Assembly: GCA_036260075.1 (NCBI GenBank)
Contig: DATAAM010000223.1
Coordinates: 1,489 to 25,488, forward strand
Source of the DNA: Acidimicrobiales bacterium
GTDB lineage: Bacteria; Actinomycetota; Acidimicrobiia; Acidimicrobiales; JAHWLA01
Length of the DNA stretch: 24,000 bases
Direction: 5' to 3'
Shown here: positions 13,923 to 22,519 of the stretch, in pieces
Position numbering within the stretch: the stretch's first letter is position 1
Layout of the letters: each line of letters begins with the position of its first letter
The notes under the pieces: model-generated
What the model saw: the letters and a program-made list of their open reading frames with translations, nothing else
What the model was told of the DNA's origin: nothing
The model's database searches: none
Program-made: the position numbers and the translations under genes

Positions 13923-15094
13923 CCCGCCTGCGCGCCGGCGCCGCCACCGACGTGGGGCGCGTGCGGAAGAACAACGAGGACAGCCTGCTCGTCTCCTCGC
14001 CGCTGTTCGCCGTCGCCGACGGCATGGGCGGCCATGCCGCGGGCGAGGTGGCCTCGAACATCGCGGTCGAGACGTTGGCCCAGCGCTTCGAGGCCGACCA
14101 CAGCGCCAATGGCCTGGCCGAGGCCGTGCGCGCCGCCAACCGTGCGGTGTGGGAGCGGGCACAGGCCGACCACGGCCTTCGCGGCATGGGCACCACGATC
14201 ACGGCCGTGGCGCTGGTGGAGGACGGCGACGACGAGGTGCTGGCCGTCGTCAACGTGGGCGACTCCCGCGCCTACCGCCTCCAGAACGGCGAGCTCGAAC
14301 AGCTCACCGAAGACCACAGCCTCGTCGAGGAGCTGCGCCGCAGCGGCCGCATCACCGACGACGAGGCCCGGTCCCACCCGCAGAAGCACGTCGTGACTCG
14401 CGCGCTCGGCATCGAGCCCGACGTCGACGTCGACTGCTTCCGAGTCCTGCCCTACAAGGGCGACCGCTTCCTCCTGGCCAGCGACGGCCTGTTCGACGAG
14501 GTGGACGACCCCGCCATCGCGTCCACCCTGCGGCGCGTGGCCGATCCCGACGAAGCGGCCCGCACGCTCGTCGACATGGCCAAGTCGGCCGGGGGCTCCG
14601 ACAACATCACCGTGGTGGTCGTCGACGTCACCGACGACGGCGACCGCGCCGCCAAGGCCTCGGCAGCCATCGAGGACGAGGACACACCGGCCGTCGTGCG
14701 GGCGTTGGCCCAGCGGGCCCGCGCCGTGAAGCGGCCCAGGCGGCTCACGCTCCGCGTGGCGCTCTTCGTCAGCGTCGTCCTGCTCGTGCTCCTCGGCGCC
14801 GTGGCCGCCGTGGGCGTGTTCGCCCGAGGCGCCTACTTCGTCGGCCTCGACGGCGACGAGGTGGTGATCTTCCGCGGTCGCCCCGGCGGGCTGCTGTGGT
14901 TCGACCCCACCGTGGAGGTGCGCACCGGCATCCCGGTCGAAGACGTGCCCGCCGCCCGCGTCGACGCCGTCCGGGCGGGCAAGGAGGAGCCCAGCCTGGG
15001 CGCCGCCCGGCGCTACGTCGAGAACCTGCAGGAACAGGCCCCCACGGCCACGACGACGACGTCGTCCACCGCACCCCCCACGTCGGCACCGTGA
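13919..15094 (+). CDS. pstP: PP2C-family Ser/Thr phosphatase with a C-terminal TM and extracellular segment
   Basis: GTG 13919 overlaps the fhaB stop as GTGA. RVRKNNEDS, ADGMGGHAAGEVAS, GSDNITVVVV. TM helix LRVALFVSVVLLVLLGAVAAVGVFA. Confidence 0.9.
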   Translation: MTRLRAGAATDVGRVRKNNEDSLLVSSPLFAVADGMGGHAAGEVASNIAVETLAQRFEADHSANGLAEAVRAANRAVWERAQADHGLRGMGTTITAVALVEDGDDEVLAVVNVGDSRAYRLQNGELEQLTEDHSLVEELRRSGRITDDEARSHPQKHVVTRALGIEPDVDVDCFRVLPYKGDRFLLASDGLFDEVDDPAIASTLRRVADPDEAARTLVDMAKSAGGSDNITVVVVDVTDDGDRAAKASAAIEDEDTPAVVRALAQRARAVKRPRRLTLRVALFVSVVLLVLLGAVAAVGVFARGAYFVGLDGDEVVIFRGRPGGLLWFDPTVEVRTGIPVEDVPAARVDAVRAGKEEPSLGAARRYVENLQEQAPTATTTTSSTAPPTSAP

Positions 15095-16392
15095 GGCGCG
15101 CCGCCCGTCGCGACACCGAGCTGGGGCTGCTCGTGATGGTCGCGCTCGTGACGGTGGGCGCCTACGCCCTGGCCAGCCTGGGCAAGAGCGCCTCCCTCCC
15201 GGTCGACATCGGTCCGTTCCTCGCCGTCATCCTCGGCCTCCTCCTGGCCGCCCACGTGGCCGTGCGCAGGCTGGCGCCGGGCGCCGACGCCGTGCTTCTG
15301 CCGCTGGCCGGGCTCCTCAACGGCATCGGCTATGTGTTCATCGCCCGCCTCGACAACGACCTCGCAGGCCTCCAGGCCACGTGGACCGCCCTGTCGGTGG
15401 TCGCGTTCGTCGGCACCCTGGTCGTGGTCCGGCGCGTGCGCGACCTGGAGCCGTACCGCTACACGTTCATGCTCCTGGGCATCGGCCTGCTGCTGCTCCC
15501 GCTGGCGCCCGGCATCGGCCGCGTCATCAACGGGGCCCGCCTGTGGGTGAGCCTCGGTCCGATCACCTTCCAGCCCGGCGAGCTCGCCAAGGTGGCGCTC
15601 GCCGTCTTCTTCGCCGCCTACCTGGTGGAGAAGCGGGAGCTGCTGGCCGAGCTGCGCCTGACCCGAGGCCGCCTCCCCAGCGTGCGCATCATCGGCCCGC
15701 TGCTCCTGGCGTGGGGCTTCTCGCTGCTCGTCATGACTGCCGAGCGCGACCTCGGCTCGTCGCTCCTCTTCTTCGCCCTGTTCATCGGGATGGTGTGGAT
15801 CGCCACCGCCCGGGGCGAGTACCTGGCGCTCGGCGTGGTGCTCTTCGGGCTCGGGGCCACGTTCGCCTACACATCCTTCGGCCACGTGGCTGCCCGCGTG
15901 CAGGTGTGGATCGACCCGTGGTCCCGGGCCGCGGGCGCGGGCTACCAGCTCACGCAGAGCCTGTTCGCGCTCGGCACCGGCGGCTTCGGCGGCACCGGCA
16001 TCGGCCTCGGCAGCCCGGGCCGCATCCCCGCCGCCACCACCGACTTCATCTTCGCCGCGGTCGGAGAAGAGCTCGGCTTCCTCGGCACCGCCGCGATGAT
16101 CACCGCCTACCTGTTGATGGTGGGCGTGGGGCTGCGCATCGCCGTCCGCTCCGACCAGCCGTTCGAGAAGCTGCTCGCGGCCGGGCTCACCACCATCCTC
16201 GGCGTGCAGACGTTCATCATCGTGGGCGGCGTCACCCGCCTGGTCCCGCTGACCGGCATCACGCTGCCGTTCGTGTCCTACGGCGGCTCGTCGCTGGTGG
16301 CCAACTACGTGCTGCTGGCGCTGTTGCTGCGCATCTCCGACGACACCGCCCGCCGGGCCGTCAACCGGGCCACGGCCGAGGCGACGGCCTGA
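15091..16392 (+). CDS. rodA: SEDS-family peptidoglycan polymerase (FtsW/RodA)
   Basis: GTG 15091 overlaps the pstP stop. Polytopic membrane protein with FtsW/RodA-like blocks: INGARLWVSLGPITFQPGELAKV, TDFIFAAVGEELG, PLTGITLPFVSYGGSS. Confidence 0.9.
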   Translation: MRRAARRDTELGLLVMVALVTVGAYALASLGKSASLPVDIGPFLAVILGLLLAAHVAVRRLAPGADAVLLPLAGLLNGIGYVFIARLDNDLAGLQATWTALSVVAFVGTLVVVRRVRDLEPYRYTFMLLGIGLLLLPLAPGIGRVINGARLWVSLGPITFQPGELAKVALAVFFAAYLVEKRELLAELRLTRGRLPSVRIIGPLLLAWGFSLLVMTAERDLGSSLLFFALFIGMVWIATARGEYLALGVVLFGLGATFAYTSFGHVAARVQVWIDPWSRAAGAGYQLTQSLFALGTGGFGGTGIGLGSPGRIPAATTDFIFAAVGEELGFLGTAAMITAYLLMVGVGLRIAVRSDQPFEKLLAAGLTTILGVQTFIIVGGVTRLVPLTGITLPFVSYGGSSLVANYVLLALLLRISDDTARRAVNRATAEATA

Positions 16393-17840
16393 TGGACCCC
16401 CAGATCCGCCGCCTGGGCATCGTGCTGATGGCGCTGTTCGTGGCCCTCTTCATCCAGCTCAACAACATCCAGGTGCTGCAGGCCGACAAGCTGGCCGACG
16501 ACCCCCGCAACACGCGCAACGCCACCCGCGACTTCAGCCGCGACCGGGGCCAGGTCCTCAGCGCCGACGGAGCCGTGCTGGCCCGGTCGGTGCCCACCGA
16601 CGGGCCCTTCGAGCGCCTGCGCCAGTACCCCGAGCACGACCTGTTCGCGCACGTCACCGGGTACTTCTCGTTCACCTTCGGCAGCGACGGCGTGGAGCGC
16701 ACGTACAACAACGTGCTGGCCGGCCGCGACATGGAGATCCGCCGCCTGCGCGACATCCTCACAGACAGGGTGATCGTCAACGACGTCACACTGACGATCA
16801 CCAAGCGCGTGCAGCAGGTCGCCCGCGACGCGCTGGGCGACCGCAAGGGCGCCGTCGTCGCCCTCGACCCGACCACGGGCGCCGTGCTGGCGCTGTGGAG
16901 CTTCCCCTCGTACGACCCCGAACGGCTGTCGGCCCACGACCAGCAGGCGGTGCAGCAGGCCTGGGACGAGCTCACTGCCGACCCCGACCGGCCGATGCTG
17001 CCCCGCACGTACCGGCGGGCCTATCCGCCGGGATCGACCTTCAAGGTGGTCACGTCGGCCGCCGCGCTCGAGCGGGCGCCGGAGCTGGTGACCAAGGACT
17101 ACCCGCGCCTGCGCGCCCTCGACCTGCCGCAGACGAACAAGGACCTGCCCAACTTCGGCGGCTCGACCTGCGGCGGCCCCCTGCCCCAGCTCCTGCGGGT
17201 GTCGTGCAACACGGGATACGCGCAGATGGGCCTCGACCTCGGTGCCGACAAGCTCTCCGGCGAGGCCCACGAGTTCGGCTTCGGGCAGCGGCCGCCGTTC
17301 GACCTGCCCGCGGTGGCGAGGTCGGTCTTCCCGGAGGCGGAGGAGTTCGAGCGCGACCTCCCCGGCCTGGCCCAGTCGGCCATCGGCCAGCAGAACGTGG
17401 CCGCCACCCCGCTCGAGATGGCGCTGGTGGCGGCGGGCGTGGCCAACGGCGGCAAGATCATGAAGCCGCACGTGCTGGCCGACGTGCGCGACAGCGAGGG
17501 CAACGTGGTGCGCACCGCGCAGCCGGGCGAGTGGCTCACGGCCACGTCGCCGGAGGCCGCCGCCGCTCTGCGCGACATGATGGTCGCCGTCGTCAACGGC
17601 GGCACCGCCACCCGGGCCGCCGTGCCCGGCGTGCAGGTGGCGGCCAAGACCGGCACCGCCCAGACCACAGGCGACAACTCCCACGCGTGGATCGTGGCGT
17701 TCGCGCCCGCGGAGGCGCCGCGGGTGGCCGTCGCCGTCATCGTCGAGAGCCAGCCGGGCCTCGGCGACACCGTCACCGGCGGCCGCATCGCCGCCCCGAT
17801 CGCCCGGGCCGTCATCCAAGCGGCACTGGCCGGCCCGTAG
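16392..17840 (+). CDS. pbpA: Class B penicillin-binding protein (transpeptidase)
   Basis: ATG 16392 overlaps the rodA stop by 1 nt. N-terminal anchor. STFK (PGSTFKV), SCN, KTGT motifs. Confidence 0.9.
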   Translation: MDPQIRRLGIVLMALFVALFIQLNNIQVLQADKLADDPRNTRNATRDFSRDRGQVLSADGAVLARSVPTDGPFERLRQYPEHDLFAHVTGYFSFTFGSDGVERTYNNVLAGRDMEIRRLRDILTDRVIVNDVTLTITKRVQQVARDALGDRKGAVVALDPTTGAVLALWSFPSYDPERLSAHDQQAVQQAWDELTADPDRPMLPRTYRRAYPPGSTFKVVTSAAALERAPELVTKDYPRLRALDLPQTNKDLPNFGGSTCGGPLPQLLRVSCNTGYAQMGLDLGADKLSGEAHEFGFGQRPPFDLPAVARSVFPEAEEFERDLPGLAQSAIGQQNVAATPLEMALVAAGVANGGKIMKPHVLADVRDSEGNVVRTAQPGEWLTATSPEAAAALRDMMVAVVNGGTATRAAVPGVQVAAKTGTAQTTGDNSHAWIVAFAPAEAPRVAVAVIVESQPGLGDTVTGGRIAAPIARAVIQAALAGP

Positions 17841-17855
17841 GCTGGTCGGAGGCCC

Positions 17856-19730
17856 ATGGCACAACGCGCGCACGTCTTCAACGGCCGGTACGAGATCGTT
17901 CGACCCATCGCCCGAGGCGGCATGGCCGACGTGTTCCTCGCACGCGACCAGCTCCTCGACCGCCCGGTGGCGCTGAAGGTCCTGTTCCCCGAGCTGTCGG
18001 TCGACCGCTCGTTCGTGGAGCGGTTCCGGCGGGAGGCGCAGGCCGCCGCCAACCTCACGCACCCCAACGTGGTGTCCGTCTACGACTTCGGCGAGGAGGA
18101 CGGCACCAGCTTCATCGTCATGGAGTACATCGACGGCCGCACCCTCACGTCGATCGTCCGGGCCGAGGGACCGCTGCTGGCCGATCGGGCCGCCGCCATC
18201 GGGGCCGACGTGGCCGCCGCGCTGGCCTTCGCCCATCGGCAGGGCGTCGTGCACCGCGACGTGAAGCCGGGCAACGTGCTGATCGACGGGTCGGGCCACG
18301 TGCGCGTCACCGACTTCGGCATCGCCCGCGCCGCCAACACCGAGGAGAACCTGACCCAGGCGGGCGCGGTGATGGGCACGGCGACGTACTTCTCGCCCGA
18401 GCAGGCCCAGGGCCACCGGGTCGACGGGCGGTCCGACGTCTACAGCCTCGGGGTGGTGCTCTACGAGATGGTCACCGGGCACCCGCCCTTCGCCGGCGAC
18501 AACCCTGTCTCCATCGCCTACAAGCACGTGCGGGAGGATCCGCCCCTGCCGCGGTCGGTCAACCCGGCCGTGCCGCCCGCCTTCGAGGCGATCGTCATGC
18601 AGGCGATGGCCAAGGACCCGGCCCTGCGCTACCAGAGCGCCGACGACCTTCGGGCCGACCTGTTGCGGTTCCGCCAGGGTCGCGGCGTCATGGCGGGCCC
18701 GCCCACCCAGTCCGTGGCGGCCACCACCGTGCAACCCTCGGTGGCCGCCGACCGCACCCGCATGGTGAGCGCCACCGAGGTGGCACCCCCGCCCACGTCG
18801 CCCCGCCGCACCGGCGCCTACATCGCCCTGCTGTTCGTCATGCTGGCGGCGCTGGCGGTGCTGCTGTTCCTGCTGGGCCGCACACTGGGCCTGTTCGGCG
18901 GCGACTCGGCCCCGAAGCAGGTCGACGTGCCCAGCGTCATCGGCAAGACGGCCGACGAGGCCGACTCCGTCCTCACCGACCTGGGCCTGGTCGTCGAGCG
19001 CCAGTTCGAGAACAACGAGGCCGACGCCAACGTGGTGTTCGCCCAGGACCCGACGGCGGGCGAGCGGGTCGACACCGGCAGTCGCGTGATCATCAAGGTG
19101 AGCCAGGGCGAGGCGCCCGTGCGCGTGCCCAGCGTGGTGGGCGAGGACGTGGAGGAGGCCGTCGACACCTTGCGGGCCGCGGGCTTCGAGGTGCAGCAGA
19201 CGAGCCAGGCCGACCCGGAGGCGCCCGAGGGGCGCGTGCTGTCGCAGGACCCGCGCGGAGGGCAGGAGGCACCCAAGGCCTCGGTGGTGCGCATCGTGGT
19301 GTCGAGCGGCAAGCCCAAGGTGGCGGTGCCCAACGTGGTCGGGAAGGACGAGACGCCGGCCAAGGACGAGATCCTCAACGCCGGGCTGAAGGTGCGCACC
19401 GTGGAGGAGGCGTCGACCACCGTGGCCGAGGGCAAGGTCATCCGCACCGACCCGCCCGGCGGCACCGAGGTCGACCAAGGCTCGACCGTGACGGTGGTGG
19501 TGTCGTCCGGCGTGGAGCGGCTGGAGGTGCCCGACGTGACCGGCCGCACGCAGGAGGACGCCGTCAACATCCTGCGCAACGCCGGGTTCCAGGTGCAGGT
19601 GCAGACGGAGAACGTGCAGGACGACGCCCAGGACGGCCGGGTGCTGCGCCAGACGCCGACCGGGGGCAGCTCGGCCGACCGGGGCTCGGTGGTCACCATC
19701 ACGGTGGGCCGGAAGCGGGGGAACAGCTAG
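17856..19730 (+). CDS. pknB: Ser/Thr protein kinase with TM helix and four PASTA repeats
   Basis: VALKVL, HRDVKPGNVL, DFGIA, SPEQ. TM helix YIALLFVMLAALAVLLFLLG. Four repeats begin VPSVIG, VPSVVG, VPNVVG, VPDVTG. Confidence 0.95.
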   Translation: MAQRAHVFNGRYEIVRPIARGGMADVFLARDQLLDRPVALKVLFPELSVDRSFVERFRREAQAAANLTHPNVVSVYDFGEEDGTSFIVMEYIDGRTLTSIVRAEGPLLADRAAAIGADVAAALAFAHRQGVVHRDVKPGNVLIDGSGHVRVTDFGIARAANTEENLTQAGAVMGTATYFSPEQAQGHRVDGRSDVYSLGVVLYEMVTGHPPFAGDNPVSIAYKHVREDPPLPRSVNPAVPPAFEAIVMQAMAKDPALRYQSADDLRADLLRFRQGRGVMAGPPTQSVAATTVQPSVAADRTRMVSATEVAPPPTSPRRTGAYIALLFVMLAALAVLLFLLGRTLGLFGGDSAPKQVDVPSVIGKTADEADSVLTDLGLVVERQFENNEADANVVFAQDPTAGERVDTGSRVIIKVSQGEAPVRVPSVVGEDVEEAVDTLRAAGFEVQQTSQADPEAPEGRVLSQDPRGGQEAPKASVVRIVVSSGKPKVAVPNVVGKDETPAKDEILNAGLKVRTVEEASTTVAEGKVIRTDPPGGTEVDQGSTVTVVVSSGVERLEVPDVTGRTQEDAVNILRNAGFQVQVQTENVQDDAQDGRVLRQTPTGGSSADRGSVVTITVGRKRGNS

Positions 19731-20119
19731 GAGTCGAGGCGGCGGGCGTGCCGGGCGAGCACGGCGGCGCCCGCGAACGTGGCTGCGTGCCCGGTGCCCA
19801 TGTCGGCGATGAGGCGGGCGATCTCGGTGCTGTCGGCGAGCACCCAGCCGTTCACCTCGTAGAACCGGCCCACGGCCCGGCGGGCGATCTCCTCGTTGTC
19901 GAGGGCGAACGGGTGGAACGCCAGCAGCCCCTCGAGCAGCGCGGCAGCCAGCTGGTGGATGTTCGCCTCGAGGGTGCCGGGCTCGGCCTCGGCTGTGCGG
20001 CGCAGCGCCAGGTAGAGCGCCTCGCGGTCGACGTTGTCGACGCGGCCGAGCACATCGTGGGCGACGCGCAACACGTCGGTCGCAGACAAGTAGCGTACGG
20101 GGAAGTGAGCGCCACTCAT
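19727..20119 (-). CDS. Doc/Fic-fold-like protein with a degenerate active-site motif
   Basis: The layout resembles Doc (YLSATDVLRVAHDVL ... FHPFALDNEEIARRA ... NGWVL). However the Fic motif HxFx(D/E)(G/A)N(G/K)R reads HPFALDNEE here. The stop overlaps the pknB stop as CTAG. Confidence 0.5.
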   Translation of the reverse strand: MSGAHFPVRYLSATDVLRVAHDVLGRVDNVDREALYLALRRTAEAEPGTLEANIHQLAAALLEGLLAFHPFALDNEEIARRAVGRFYEVNGWVLADSTEIARLIADMGTGHAATFAGAAVLARHARRLDS

Positions 20120-20190
20120 TGACTGCGGACATCATGACATCATTCACACACTATGAGTGGTGATGCTCATAGGCAGCTAGGATCTCGCCC

Positions 20191-20421
20191 ATGGCCCTCG
20201 ACGACCACGCGTTCAAGGCGCGGCTCCCCGCCGACGTGTGGAGCGAGCTGCGCACCTACGCCTACCTCTCGAAGCTGAGCGTCAACGAGGTGGTGGTGAA
20301 GGCCGTCCGCTCGTTCCTGGCGCAGGAGGCGACGGCCCCCGAGGTGCGCGCCATGATCGAAGCCGAGGCGGCACGGTTGCGGCGCCTGCTCGAGGAGGAG
20401 GGCCGCGCGGGCGACCGCTAG
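20191..20421 (+). CDS. Ribbon-helix-helix protein, divergent from the Doc-like gene
   Basis: [41 protein letters not shown] -10-like hexamer lies 7 nt upstream of the ATG, suggesting a leaderless transcript. The stop overlaps the trpG stop as CTAG. Confidence 0.6.
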   Translation: MALDDHAFKARLPADVWSELRTYAYLSKLSVNEVVVKAVRSFLAQEATAPEVRAMIEAEAARLRRLLEEEGRAGDR

Positions 20422-21008
20422 GCCGGCAGCAGGCCGGCGGTGGCGAGGAAGTTGCGCAGGAGCGGCTTGCCCACCGACGTGAGGATCGACTCGGGGTGGA
20501 ACTGGACGCCTTCCACCGGCAGCCCCCGGTGCCGCACCGCCATGATCACGCCGTCGGCGGTGGTCGCCGTGACCTCCAGCTCGTCGGGCACGGACGCGGG
20601 GTCGATCACCAGCGAGTGGTAGCGGGTGGCCTCGAAGGGATCGGGCAGCCCGGCCAGTACGCCGTCGCCCCGGTGGTGCACCGGCGAGGTCTTGCCGTGC
20701 ATGATCTCAGGCGCCCGCACGATGCGAGCGCCGAACACCTGGCCGATGCACTGGTGCCCGAGGCACACGCCGAGCACGGGCACGCCCGCCCGGCCGAAGC
20801 GCTCCACCACCTCGTTGCTGATGCCCGCGTCCTCGGGCCGCCCGGGGCCGGGAGAGACGAGCACGGCGTCGGGCCGCAGCGCCTCCGCCTGGTCGACGGT
20901 GACGGCGTCGTTGCGGTGCACGACGGGCTCGGCGCCCAGCTCGCCCAGGTACTGCACGAGGTTGTAGACGAACGAGTCGTAGTTGTCGACGACGAGCACG
21001 CGGGGCAC
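20418..21008 (-). CDS. trpG: Glutamine amidotransferase component II of anthranilate/aminodeoxychorismate synthase
   Basis: [40 protein letters not shown]. The GTG 21008 start is preferred because the track start (21089) would overlap the upstream gene by 70 nt. Confidence 0.85.
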   Translation of the reverse strand: MPRVLVVDNYDSFVYNLVQYLGELGAEPVVHRNDAVTVDQAEALRPDAVLVSPGPGRPEDAGISNEVVERFGRAGVPVLGVCLGHQCIGQVFGARIVRAPEIMHGKTSPVHHRGDGVLAGLPDPFEATRYHSLVIDPASVPDELEVTATTADGVIMAVRHRGLPVEGVQFHPESILTSVGKPLLRNFLATAGLLPA

Positions 21009-21018
21009 GGGGTCGAGG

Positions 21019-21723
21019 TTACGAGGACTGCCGCGCGTACTGCAGGTCGATTGCGCCCTTGTAGGCGGGCACCTCCACTGTCGACTCACGGGAGACGGAG
21101 AAGCGCAGCCCGAACGACTCGGCGTCGTCGTGCAGCCGGCGTACGAGCTTGTCGGCCTCGAAGCGGTCGCGGCCCGCGCCCACCGCCACCACTGTGTACG
21201 GCGGCGAGTGCACGGTGCCGTTGAGCAGGAGGGTGTTGCCGACGCAGAGCACGGCGCTGGTGCCCACCAGGCGCTGGCCGTTGATGGCGATCGCCTCGGC
21301 GCCCGCCCGCCACAGCGCGTTGACCACGGCCTGCACGTCCTGGGAGTGGACGACCAAGTCGTTGACGTTGCCGGACGCGGGCTCCTCCTCCTCGGAGTCG
21401 TCGAGGACGACGCGCAGCCCCGGGCCCCGCACCGCCACCAGCCCGGCGGCCAGCGTGGCGTCCCGCAGCTCCTCCTCCCGGGCGCCTGCGCCTTGGAGGA
21501 AGCCGGTTCGAGTGGTGCGCAGCCGGCTCACGCGGTTGCGCAGGTCGGCCACCTCGCTGCGGAGGGCGGCGGCCGTCCGCTGCTCGCGCTCGATGAGATC
21601 CGCGAGCCGGTAGCGCTGGGTCAGGCGGGCCTCGGGGTCGGCGGGCCGGGCGCGCAGGGCCGTGGCGAGGACGAAGCCGATGCCGAGGCAGGCCAGGACG
21701 AGCAGCGTGCGCGACCGTCGCAT
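21019..21723 (-). CDS. DUF881-family membrane protein
   Basis: ATG 21723 gives [23 protein letters not shown] (anchor), then a coiled segment, then [30 protein letters not shown], typical of DUF881. Position between trpG and crgA as in other actinobacteria (from memory). Confidence 0.65.
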   Translation of the reverse strand: MRRSRTLLVLACLGIGFVLATALRARPADPEARLTQRYRLADLIEREQRTAAALRSEVADLRNRVSRLRTTRTGFLQGAGAREEELRDATLAAGLVAVRGPGLRVVLDDSEEEEPASGNVNDLVVHSQDVQAVVNALWRAGAEAIAINGQRLVGTSAVLCVGNTLLLNGTVHSPPYTVVAVGAGRDRFEADKLVRRLHDDAESFGLRFSVSRESTVEVPAYKGAIDLQYARQSS

Positions 21724-21738
21724 GGCTATCCTCCCCGC

Positions 21739-22059
21739 ATGCCCATTCTGGGACGACGCTCGAAGGGGGCCGAGGCGGAGGCCGGCGAGGGCAAGGCCAA
21801 GCGGTCCGGCAGCGGCCGCGTGACGCCCAAAGGCACGGCCGGCGGCCGGTACACGCCGCCCACGCCCAAGGAGTACAAGGTCAGCCCGCGCTGGGTGCCC
21901 GTGCTCATGCTGGCGCTGCTGGTGAGCGGGATGCTGGTGATCATCAGCAACTACCTTCCCGACGCGGGCATCCTGCCCGGCGACACCAGCAACATCTGGC
22001 TGCTCGTGGGGCTCGGCCTCATCACCGGCGGCTTCATCACCGCCACCCGCTACCGCTGA
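21739..22059 (+). CDS. crgA: Cell division protein CrgA
   Basis: MPILGRRSK..., RYTPPTPKEYKVSPRWVPVLMLALLVSGMLVII, and a second TM helix IWLLVGLGLITGGFI. Size and topology are typical of CrgA. Confidence 0.8.
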   Translation: MPILGRRSKGAEAEAGEGKAKRSGSGRVTPKGTAGGRYTPPTPKEYKVSPRWVPVLMLALLVSGMLVIISNYLPDAGILPGDTSNIWLLVGLGLITGGFITATRYR

Positions 22060-22066
22060 CCCCTCC

Positions 22067-22115
22067 GTTTTGGGCACGGTTTCCTGCGCTATAGGCAGAA
22101 AAACGTGCCCAAAAC
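22067..22115. terminator. Long hairpin downstream of crgA
   Basis: gttttgggcacg (22067-22078) pairs perfectly with cgtgcccaaaac (22104-22115). The loop contains further partial pairing (tttcctgc / gcagaaaa). Confidence 0.45.
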
Positions 22116-22185
22116 CGGCCAAGGGGTGGGCGGGAAGTTACAGGGCTGTAACTCTCCCCAGGGTCGTCCACAGGGTGGGGAGAAG

Positions 22186-22431
22186 TCATTCGACGGGGGC
22201 CACCAGCTGCATGTCCTCCATGCAGTGCCGGGGGGCCTCCGGGTCCTCCTCGGGGGCGGCCGTGACGCGCAGCTCGACCCCGCACACGGTGCAGCGGTAG
22301 CGCAGGTTGACCTTGCGCAGCTCGCCAGGCGGCGGCGGGGGCGGCACCGGGCGGGCCAGCGCCCGCAGCACGGCGATCCCCAGCCGCAGGATCACCAGGA
22401 AGAGCAGCACGCTCACGACGACCTTCAGCAC
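22186..22431 (-). CDS. Small membrane protein with a Cys/His-containing C-terminal tail
   Basis: GTG start. TM helix VVVSVLLFLVILRLGIAVL, a proline run, then CTVCG...PRHC. High GC3. Lies downstream of the thiolase on the same strand. Confidence 0.45.
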   Translation of the reverse strand: MLKVVVSVLLFLVILRLGIAVLRALARPVPPPPPPGELRKVNLRYRCTVCGVELRVTAAPEEDPEAPRHCMEDMQLVAPVE

Positions 22432-22519
22432 CGGCGCCAGGCTAGGCCAGGCCCCGCCGTCCGGCTTTTGTTCCCCGGCAGCGCACTGTGGTGCGCCCCC
22501 GGGGAAACGAACGTCGTGA

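Noticed and set aside
13714-15090. Long N-terminal extensions and out-of-frame ORFs, such as 13714..16392, 15381..17840, 13535..15094, 179..1927, 694..2076 and 16895..20122.
   Set aside because: The upstream portions are Arg/Pro/Gly-rich off-frame read-through. The real genes start at internal GTG/ATG codons that overlap the preceding stop codons.
18900-19700. Four roughly 200-bp periodic repeats.
   Set aside because: They are the four PASTA domains of PknB, i.e. protein-domain repeats rather than a DNA repeat element.
16305-20147. 1280-aa minus-strand ORF antisense to pbpA and pknB.
   Set aside because: The translation is low-complexity and Arg/Gly/His/Pro-rich, with no motifs. The opposite strand encodes motif-rich PbpA and PknB. 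This is a typical high-GC antisense artefact.
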